From contig CAVUDP010000002.1 in the NCBI GenBank assembly GCA_963740315.1, positions 1,824,001 through 1,888,000 of the forward strand: a stretch of DNA of 64,000 nt. The letters run 5' to 3'. The notes under the pieces were generated by a model. It was not told where the DNA came from. It was given only the letters and a program-made list of their open reading frames with translations, and searched no databases. The DNA is from an uncultured cyanobacterium (GTDB lineage: Bacteria > Cyanobacteriota > Cyanobacteriia > Cyanobacteriales > Nostocaceae). A program made the position numbers and the translations under genes. Below, piece by piece: positions 56,884-64,000 of the stretch (position 1 is its first letter; each line of letters opens with the position of its first letter).

Positions 56884-58263
56884 ATGGATTATTCAACAGC
56901 AAAGGTAGCTAATCCCAAACTTACGCTCTACGCTTTTCATCTATACAAAAATCTAGCTAACGATTCCAAACCAGTCAATAATTCAAACCATTTATGGCAC
57001 AAATGTCAGGAAATTGGTAAAAAATTAGGTATTCCTAAACTAGAAAATTTATCAATACCTAAAGATAAACAAATATTAGATCAAAATAATCTAGACTTTA
57101 CAGCTATTAAGCATAAAAATAATCTCCATTTAAGCGGAGAAATTAAGCGTTTACAAATTCACGATACTTTTGCTCTCGATCTAACTTTTCGTTATCCACA
57201 TCCAAAAGTACAACTTACCGATCTAAAAGGATTAAATCAAGACAATTGCTTACTTCCAAGTAATATCAATGCTTCTCTAGGACAAATTTTAGTGTTCTTT
57301 GCTCAACCTGTAGGAACAATTAAGGATGAGGAAGCTTTTGCCGAACATTGTGTAAAAGCTTTAATCTCTGAAGCCGAATTCAATAAATTAAAGATTTCAT
57401 TTCAGAGCAAAGGCAAATTATTAAATAGTCCAATATTTGAATATAATAATGATGCTGTTTCTCCTAAAAATCAGTGTCATATTTTAATTTGGTTGAACTC
57501 AAATGGAGAAACTACCAATTTAGAAAATACTGGAGAATATTATCGTCCTTTAATTGATCTTTTAAACTGTCGGAGTAAAATTATTTACGCTCGTTCTGAA
57601 TCTCGTTGGTGTTATCAGCAAGCTAGGAAAGAATACAGCCTTTTAGAAGATAAAGTAATTCAATTCAATCAAGTCAAAAATAAATCTGTTGATGACAAGC
57701 TGAAAGAATTTAATCAATGGCTAAATGAAATACCCGAAATTTCGTTTAATTATGCTAGCCATTTGAGAGATTTAGAATTACAGAGAAATACTATTAAAGC
57801 TAATACAATAAATTATCAATTACATCTTGACAAAATAAAAGCAATTTGTATACAAGATGACTTAGAATTTTTATCAAGTTTCCTAGAATTAGCTAAAGAT
57901 ACCTTTATCGAACAAATCAATACAGATTTAGCTTATCTTACACCCGCTCAAAGCCTATTCGAGCAACTAATCGAGTCAATTCGCGGTATCGTCGAAATTG
58001 AACAAACAAAACGCGAGCAGCGCAGCCTTGAGGCTGAACGCAATCTCAATAATACGGTACAAATACTCGGCATTGGGCTTGGTGGTGGTGCGATCGTTTC
58101 AGGAGTAGTTACGCAACATATTGATAAAATTAACAAACCTTTAGCAGCTATATCTCCAAATAATCCACCACATCCGTTTTACGCTTCTTTATTTATCAGC
58201 ATTGCAGCAACCTTATTTTTTACTGGTGTAGGTTGGCTGATAGCTAATACTCGAAAATCCTGA
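56884..58263 (+). CDS. Uncharacterised protein: N-terminal alpha/beta region, long helices, two C-terminal TM segments (CATRA/CorA-like architecture)
   Basis: TM1 VQILGIGLGGGAIVSGVV, TM2 FYASLFISIAATLFFTGVGWLIA, preceded by a coiled-coil-like stretch; third gene of the CHAT operon. The family call is inference. Confidence 0.7.
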   Translation: MDYSTAKVANPKLTLYAFHLYKNLANDSKPVNNSNHLWHKCQEIGKKLGIPKLENLSIPKDKQILDQNNLDFTAIKHKNNLHLSGEIKRLQIHDTFALDLTFRYPHPKVQLTDLKGLNQDNCLLPSNINASLGQILVFFAQPVGTIKDEEAFAEHCVKALISEAEFNKLKISFQSKGKLLNSPIFEYNNDAVSPKNQCHILIWLNSNGETTNLENTGEYYRPLIDLLNCRSKIIYARSESRWCYQQARKEYSLLEDKVIQFNQVKNKSVDDKLKEFNQWLNEIPEISFNYASHLRDLELQRNTIKANTINYQLHLDKIKAICIQDDLEFLSSFLELAKDTFIEQINTDLAYLTPAQSLFEQLIESIRGIVEIEQTKREQRSLEAERNLNNTVQILGIGLGGGAIVSGVVTQHIDKINKPLAAISPNNPPHPFYASLFISIAATLFFTGVGWLIANTRKS

Positions 58264-58310
58264 TTCAAAATTCTTCTTCCGCTTCTTTTTAAATCACTAC
58301 TTTAAGAAGT

Positions 58311-58466
58311 AAAGCCCAAACTTGGCTGAGAGATGCCACAAAGGAAGATTTACAGGAATGGGCTAATAATTTACAATTAATGGTATTTTTCAAACAGATA
58401 GACGCAAACAGTAAACCTTTTCAATCGCCTTTCTATTGGGCTGAATTTATTGCTGCTGGTAATTAG
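58311..58466 (+). pseudogene. Orphan alternative 3' end of the CHAT gene (no start codon)
   Basis: Open frame KAQTWLRDATKEDLQEWANNLQLMVFFKQIDANSKPFQSPFYWAEFIAAGN*; 58312-58374 matches 56079-56141 at 60 of 63 nt. Confidence 0.85.
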
Positions 58467-58476
58467 GAGTTATATT

Positions 58477-58818
58477 ATGAAATTTGCAGAACAAAATTTA
58501 GATGCTTTTATGGATTTGCTAAAAACTCAACCTGCTTTATTTTCTCAACAAAATATTGTCAATTTAGAGAGGTTAATTAGCAATACACCTGATGATGTTG
58601 AAAAACTATCAACTACTGTTGCTAATTGGTATCAGAATTATCCTAAAATTCTTGACAGTCAATTAGCGCTTTTGAATCATTCTTTAACTGTAAGGGGATC
58701 TGGTAGCGCTAATCCTAATATTCCGGAATATCAGCTTGATAAAAAGACTCTGCTAAATGCTATTCAACAAAGTTTAGCTAAAGCTAAGAATAAGAATAAA
58801 AATAATCGCCCAAGTTAG
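58477..58818 (+). CDS. Small CHAT-associated protein, allele B
   Basis: AGGAG RBS; shares LLKTQPxLFS, DD, W..P, R(A/G)xGS and NIPxY..D..TLxNAIQQS with 56268-56612. Confidence 0.8.
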   Translation: MKFAEQNLDAFMDLLKTQPALFSQQNIVNLERLISNTPDDVEKLSTTVANWYQNYPKILDSQLALLNHSLTVRGSGSANPNIPEYQLDKKTLLNAIQQSLAKAKNKNKNNRPS

Positions 58819-58882
58819 GAAAGTAAATGGATTATTCAACAGCCTGCGTTTCTTTTTAAATCCTTACTTTAAGAATGATTTA

Positions 58883-59065
58883 TCTGACTTGTTGCACCAT
58901 TTTCATTAAGCCTTAAAACCCGCCTTAAAATCAATTTAAAGGAACCAATAACAAAGTACGTTGAAAACGCACTAAAAGCTTTGCCCAGTCTACTTAAGTA
59001 GACTTTGTTTTTGAGCCTGGGAATTTATTCCAAGGCGCTTATCGCAATTGGTGCAAGATGTAAGA
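58883..59065. mobile_element. MITE-like element with TTGCACCA/TGGTGCAA ends carrying a REP-like hairpin
   Basis: TCTGACTTGTTGCACCA ... TGGTGCAAGATGTAAGA imperfect TIR; internal AGTCTACTTAAGTAGACT and GGAATTTATTCCAAGGCG resemble the 56659 units. Confidence 0.6.
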
Positions 59066-59122
59066 TTTATCAAACTTTTGCTTAAAATTAATTCCTTCTT
59101 AAGTTTGATTACAAAAAAAGTC

Positions 59123-59365
59123 TTACTTACCTCTTTCTATGAACAAAAGCTGCAACTGTTCAACTGATAACCCAGTGACTTTCGATATATCTTCTAAAGC
59201 CATACCAGTGCTAAGTAGATCGATCGCGATTTCTTGTAAAACTTCTGCTCTACCTTCTGCTCTACCTTCGGCTCTACCTTCGGCTCTACCTTCGGCTCTA
59301 CCTTCGGCTCTACCTTTTTCTATTCCTTCTTGCAAAATTTCTTGATAAATTGGCGATTCGCGCAT
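59123..59365 (-). CDS. Stand-alone Rpn C-terminal (RpnS-like) protein, 80 aa
   Basis: MRESPIYQEILQEG...(GRAE)x5...IAIDLLSTGMALEDISKVTGLSVEQL, nearly identical to the C-terminus of 59482-60279. Confidence 0.75.
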   Translation of the reverse strand: MRESPIYQEILQEGIEKGRAEGRAEGRAEGRAEGRAEGRAEVLQEIAIDLLSTGMALEDISKVTGLSVEQLQLLFIERGK

Positions 59366-59481
59366 AATATCTGACTTGAAAATTCTTTTGATCGAGTCTT
59401 TATTACTAAGTTATTTAAAATCGCCGTGGATGCGGCGATCTTAATTTGAATCCGGGTTTCTAGAATCTCATTTATTAACAG

Positions 59482-60279
59482 TTACCGATCGCTTTGTTCG
59501 CTTTGCAAAACCCGCAACTGTTCCACTGATAACCCAGTTACTCTGGATATATCTTCTAAAGCCATATTAGTGCTAAGTAGATCGATCGCGACTTGTTGTA
59601 AAGTTTCGGCTTTACCTTCTGCTTTACCTTCGGCTCTACCTTTTTCTTCTCCTTCTTGCAAGATTTCTTGATAAATGGGTGATTCGCGCATAATATCTGA
59701 CCTCAAAACTCTTTTAATTAAGTCCTGATTCAATACTAAACCAGCTAAAATTGCTGCGGATGCGGCGACGTTGCTTTGAGTGCGGTTGTCTGATATCTGG
59801 TTTATTTCCCTAGCAACCTGGTTTAATACGTTTTCGGGGTTTGGGCTATTGCTCAATACGGCGAATGGTAGTAACCCAGGATTTTGCAGAAAAACTTCGG
59901 GAGGTTGTTCCCACAGTCGAATAATTTCAAATTCATGACGGGTACGAGTCAGCGTAAATATGTTTTGATAAACCAATTCGGAATTTGTGCGATTGAGGTA
60001 AATCACAACTTGATGCATTTCCTTTTGGGGAAAGCGGCGATAACCCCGGATACGGTAATCTATCGTTCGGAAGGGAATTTCGGGATCTGGTTGGGTTTGG
60101 AACTCTATATGCAAAATTTTCTCATCAGACTGTAGCAGTATTAAAGCATCGGCTCGAATCGGTTCGAGTGAAAGTTCTTTTGGACTAAGTTCGGTTAAGG
60201 TGATGGGTTCTCCCAACAGCCAATTAGCAAAGTCCCTGGAAAAGTTCTCGGCTAAAAACTTACAGATATTGTCAAACAT
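59482..60279 (-). CDS. Rpn-family PD-(D/E)xK nuclease / putative transposase
   Basis: MFDNICKFLAE, IRADAL...HIEFQT, EGKAEG repeats and HTH-like tail. Confidence 0.88.
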   Translation of the reverse strand: MFDNICKFLAENFSRDFANWLLGEPITLTELSPKELSLEPIRADALILLQSDEKILHIEFQTQPDPEIPFRTIDYRIRGYRRFPQKEMHQVVIYLNRTNSELVYQNIFTLTRTRHEFEIIRLWEQPPEVFLQNPGLLPFAVLSNSPNPENVLNQVAREINQISDNRTQSNVAASAAILAGLVLNQDLIKRVLRSDIMRESPIYQEILQEGEEKGRAEGKAEGKAETLQQVAIDLLSTNMALEDISRVTGLSVEQLRVLQSEQSDR

Positions 60280-60671
60280 TCCCCGATTTTACCAGGCAAG
60301 GTTTACTTGTTTGTTTAAAGAATTTTGACTAAAAAAGCTACAAATACTTTTTTACTTTTGCTTAATTCAAGAAGTATTTATAAATACTTTAAGTAGGTAA
60401 GCTCTTGTAAAATTATGCTGCTGAAATTAAGCTAAAATTTAATCTATACAAAATATGATTCATTGCGATCGCGCTTTTTATTCACCAGAACAAGTCTATT
60501 TAGCTAGGTATTTTGGCAGTAACAAGTCAGAACAAAGTGACTTAAATAACTCTTGTTTATTAATTATCAAAGTAATTTAGTACTAACGGCAAAAATGTAG
60601 CTTTTTTACTAGAAATCACTATAGATAGCAGAATAAAATAATACATCTACGCATGAGGTAGGTTAGCGTTA

Positions 60672-62453
60672 ATGTATCCAACCCCAGAACAATTTGCAGT
60701 TGACGAAACTACTCCACCCGATAAGCTTAGATTTCTTGCTTTTGAAAGTATAGAACTAGCAAGGTTGGTAGCAACAAATCCTAGTGCGGAGCCGGAGTTA
60801 TTGCGGGAGTTGGCATCGAGTGAAGATAAGGCTACCCGCGAAGCTGTAACGACAAATCCGAATACGCCAACCGATCTACTGCTGAAATTGGCGGGGGATT
60901 TTCCTTCATCATTTTTCTCGAATCCAGTTTTATCTTTGTTAATGCTGGAAAATCCGAATTTAGCAACAGATATATCATATTGGTCTTTGTTAAAACTGTT
61001 AAAACAAGATGATGCGCCGCAATGGTTTTTGGCTTGTGCTGCAATGCATTCTAATTCTTTGGTATTGGAAGCTGTAGCCAAACACAAACAAGTTTCGCAA
61101 CAAGTTTTAGAACAGTTAGCAATTAAAAGCAGGTACGATCCAGAATTGGGTTTATGTATTGCACAACGCAAAGATGTATCCCAAAAAGTTTTAGAAAAAT
61201 TGGCGCAACATGGTGCGGGTTCGGTTCGCTTGCATTTGGCTACATACCCGAAAATTCCTGTCAAAGTTTTGGAAATTTTAGTCGAAAATCCCGAACCAAA
61301 TTGGAATTTAAGGGTGGCTATTGAAACAAGTGTTGCTAAAAATCCGAATACGCCGCTAAATGTTCTTGAAGCTTTGATAAAAGTTCCATATACCAAAGTC
61401 AAAAATGCGATCGCTAAACGTTCCGATTTAACCAAGCATTTGATAATCGAATTGGCAATGGATTATCGGGTGCATACGATGAATTTTCTGCCCCAAAATC
61501 CTTATATCCCCAGCAATTGGTTGGAGGAAATGGCAGAACATGATATTGAACGGGTGCGTCAAATGGTGGCAAGGCATCCCAATACGCCAGTACATATACT
61601 AGTACAAGCAGCTTCATATTTACAACTGCGTCAGTTTGTCGCCGAAAATCCCAGCACCCCTCCAGAAGTTCTCGAAGAATTGGCAATGGATAGCCGGGGA
61701 GATATACAGGCAGCAGTAGCAAGAAATTCCAATACTCCGGGTTACGTATTGGAAATATTGGCTGGTATGCCGTTTCACGACTTATTGTTAGCACGCCATC
61801 CAAATACACCAGACTCTACTCTACAAAAAGTGCTATGGCGTTTGGCATTAGATGAACGTTTATCGGTTCGCAAATACGTAGCCCAGCACAGCCAAGCGCC
61901 AGTGTCAATTTTGACTCAATGGGCGAAGAATTCACCGGAACTTCGTGCGTGGATTGCCTTAAACGTTAGCACTCCATCCAGCATTTTAGAGCAACTCGCC
62001 AAAGATACATCCAAAGATGTCCGTTATGGTGTAGCAAAAAATACTAATACTCCTGCCTGCGTTTTACAAAAACTAGCCGAAGATTGGCGGTTAGAAGTGC
62101 GTCAAGCAGTAGCGGGCAATCCTGAAACACCCGGAAATGTTCTGGAGGTATTGATTAAGGATTGGCATTTGCGCTCGTTTATTGCTCAAAACCCCAGCAC
62201 TCCAGGCACAGCATTAGAGCAACTCACCCAATTCTTCCGATACGACTGGCACATAGTACAGCATCCCAACACCCCACCCAAACTGCGCCAGAGATTATTA
62301 GAAGAATTTTCAACCAGCGTTGTGGAAACAGAAAGGTTATTTGTCGCCAGACATTCAGAAACGCCCCTAGAAATTTTAGAACATCTAGCCCAGGATGATG
62401 ACCCGGTTGTTTCTAAATCCGCAAAGCGATCGCTAAGGAAAAGGCGCGAGTGA
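60672..62453 (+). CDS. Leucine-rich-variant (LRV)/HEAT-like repeat protein
   Basis: Many VAxNPxTPxxxLExLA.D...VR repeats. Confidence 0.85.
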   Translation: MYPTPEQFAVDETTPPDKLRFLAFESIELARLVATNPSAEPELLRELASSEDKATREAVTTNPNTPTDLLLKLAGDFPSSFFSNPVLSLLMLENPNLATDISYWSLLKLLKQDDAPQWFLACAAMHSNSLVLEAVAKHKQVSQQVLEQLAIKSRYDPELGLCIAQRKDVSQKVLEKLAQHGAGSVRLHLATYPKIPVKVLEILVENPEPNWNLRVAIETSVAKNPNTPLNVLEALIKVPYTKVKNAIAKRSDLTKHLIIELAMDYRVHTMNFLPQNPYIPSNWLEEMAEHDIERVRQMVARHPNTPVHILVQAASYLQLRQFVAENPSTPPEVLEELAMDSRGDIQAAVARNSNTPGYVLEILAGMPFHDLLLARHPNTPDSTLQKVLWRLALDERLSVRKYVAQHSQAPVSILTQWAKNSPELRAWIALNVSTPSSILEQLAKDTSKDVRYGVAKNTNTPACVLQKLAEDWRLEVRQAVAGNPETPGNVLEVLIKDWHLRSFIAQNPSTPGTALEQLTQFFRYDWHIVQHPNTPPKLRQRLLEEFSTSVVETERLFVARHSETPLEILEHLAQDDDPVVSKSAKRSLRKRRE

Positions 62454-62800
62454 TGGGATGGGGGGATGGGGGGATGGGGAGATGGGGAGATGGTAAGCCA
62501 CTGCGCCCTCGCGGGTTCCCCGACTTGTAGCAAGTGGCGCAACCCGTTACTCTAACGAGTCGTGCCGCGCTGAACACGCGTTCACCGCGCTTGTGCGGCG
62601 AGGGCGTGCGGCGAGCGGGGGAGATGGGGAGATGGGGAGAAATAATTTTCAATTCCAAACTCCAAACTCCTAACTCCTAAAGGTTACTGAGCTTGTCGAA
62701 GTACTCCTAACTCCTAACTCCTAACTCCTAATTCCTCACTCCTCACTCCTAACTATTCCCAATGCCGAAATCTAAAATCTAAAATCTAAAATCTAAAATT
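62454..62800. repeat. Composite STRR tracts with a nested GC-rich dispersed repeat
   Basis: GGGGATGG, CTCCTAA and AAATCTA units; nested element at 62498-62611. Confidence 0.8.
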
Positions 62801-62802
62801 CT

Positions 62803-63804
62803 ATGACTCCTAACGAACTTAAAGTATTTTTAGACCAGCTTGTAAGTAATAATATTCAAATCAGTACGATGATTTGGGGACCTCCTGGTATTGGTAAATC
62901 TAGTATTGTTGGTCAGTTAGCGCGGGAAAGCAATATTGATTTTGTTGATGTCCGGTTGTCTCAATTGGCACCTACCGATTTACGGGGTTTGCCGGTTGCG
63001 GAAAATGGTATTTCTAAATGGTTTCCACCGGAATTTCTACCACGCAAAGGTAAGGGTATATTATTCCTCGATGAGTTAAATATGGCTCCTCCGGCTATGC
63101 AGGGAGTTGCACAGCAGTTGATTTTAGACCGCTGTGTAGGCTCCTACGAAGTGCCAGATGGTTGGTTTGTGTGGGCAGCAGGGAACCGCAAAGAAGACCG
63201 CGCCGCTGTATTTGATATGCCTTCACCTTTAGCAAATAGATTTTTACATTTAGAAGTACAGCCAGATTTTGAAAGCTTTAAAGCTTATGCTTTGGAAAAA
63301 GGCGTACACGAGCAAATAATTGCTTTTCTTTCCTTCCGCACTACTTTATTACATAAAATTGACCCCCAGCAACCAGCTTGGGCTTCTCCTCGCTCTTGGG
63401 TTATGGCGAGTGCCTTGCATTGTGCCGGATTAAACATTAATCCCGCTGTCGGAACGGCTGCCGCTACTGAGTTTGCTTCATACATTTCTATGTACGAAAA
63501 TCTACCCAACTTGATCGCGATTTTGTCAGGAAAAGGCGAAAGCATTCAGTTTCCTAAAGAACCCAGCGTTAGATATGCAACGGTAATTGGATTAACGGTA
63601 CGCGCCGACAATGCTAACCAAGCACTTAACGCTTTCAACTGGTTAAATCAAGTTGCAACAAATGAATGGGTAAGACTTTTTGCAGTAGACTTATCGCGAG
63701 TCATGGAAAGTAAAGGTAAGAAGGGTGTTTTAGCTAATTTATTAAGTAAAGAACCCGAATTCAAGAAATTATTAGAAGATTATCTAGAATCGCAGAAATC
63801 TTAA
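62803..63804 (+). CDS. MoxR-like AAA+ ATPase
   Basis: WGPPGIGKS, DVRLSQ..PTDLRGLP, LFLDELN, AAGNR, PLANRF, SPRSW. Confidence 0.88.
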   Translation: MTPNELKVFLDQLVSNNIQISTMIWGPPGIGKSSIVGQLARESNIDFVDVRLSQLAPTDLRGLPVAENGISKWFPPEFLPRKGKGILFLDELNMAPPAMQGVAQQLILDRCVGSYEVPDGWFVWAAGNRKEDRAAVFDMPSPLANRFLHLEVQPDFESFKAYALEKGVHEQIIAFLSFRTTLLHKIDPQQPAWASPRSWVMASALHCAGLNINPAVGTAAATEFASYISMYENLPNLIAILSGKGESIQFPKEPSVRYATVIGLTVRADNANQALNAFNWLNQVATNEWVRLFAVDLSRVMESKGKKGVLANLLSKEPEFKKLLEDYLESQKS

Positions 63805-63805
63805 A

Positions 63806-63960
63806 CAGGTTAAAGGTTAAAGGTTAAAGGTCAAAGGTGTAATAAATATTAATTTCTAACTCAATACTCCTAACAACTAACTCAATACTCAATACTCAAT
63901 ACTCCTAACAACTAACAACTAACAACTAACAACTAACTCAATACTCAATACTCCTAACTA
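63806..63960. repeat. STRR heptamer tracts
   Basis: (AAAGGTT), (CTCAATA) and (ACAACTA) tandem units. Confidence 0.8.
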
Positions 63961-63967
63961 TTCTAAA

Positions 63968-64000
63968 ATGACTGAAGATATTCAAAAAAGTATTAGCTCG
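63968..64000 (+). CDS. Start of the next CDS (MTEDIQKSISS...), truncated by the window end
   Basis: ATG right after the repeat tract, open to the window end; identity cannot be determined from 11 codons. Confidence 0.45.
   Translation, partial: MTEDIQKSISS

Noticed and set aside
56884..58263. Bacterial gasdermin or true CorA Mg2+ channel
   Set aside because: Too long and helical, with C-terminal TM helices unlike gasdermin, and it lacks the CorA GMN motif; only an architectural resemblance is claimed.
60647..61435. 262-aa antisense ORF
   Set aside because: Shadow frame of the LRV-repeat gene with no protein-like motifs.

Overview
AT-rich chromosomal segment of a filamentous, probably heterocyst-forming (Nostocales-type) cyanobacterium. 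Support: many HIP1 octamers (GCGATCGC), heptamer STRR tracts, petH with a CpcD-like domain, prk, glgC, cyanobacterial gshA and ycf46. About 1-51.6 kb is mostly housekeeping (hom, petH, prk, metK, pcrA, gshA, trmL, LysM/M23 peptidase, tRNA-Met, glycogen debranching enzyme, peroxiredoxins, DnaJ, glgC, GGDEF/EAL, PG-binding proteins, ycf46). Two accessory modules stand out there: a proA + GCS2-family gamma-glutamyl ligase (+ aldehyde reductase) cluster, and an S8 protease followed by a stand-alone copy of its own prodomain. From 51.8 kb to the end is a conflict/defence-like island. It holds an Rpn nuclease, then a TPR-CHAT (caspase-like) protease with eight mosaic 138-bp repeats, a small partner protein and a 2-TM helical protein (CATRA-like architecture). 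Next comes an orphan cassette with an alternative in-frame CHAT C-terminus plus a second small-protein allele. A second Rpn with a separately encoded RpnS-like C-terminal copy follows, then an LRV-repeat protein and a MoxR-like AAA ATPase. Several MITE/REP-like repeat families are scattered between genes. No CRISPR array or rRNA was seen. All product calls come from motif recognition by eye; no searches were run.
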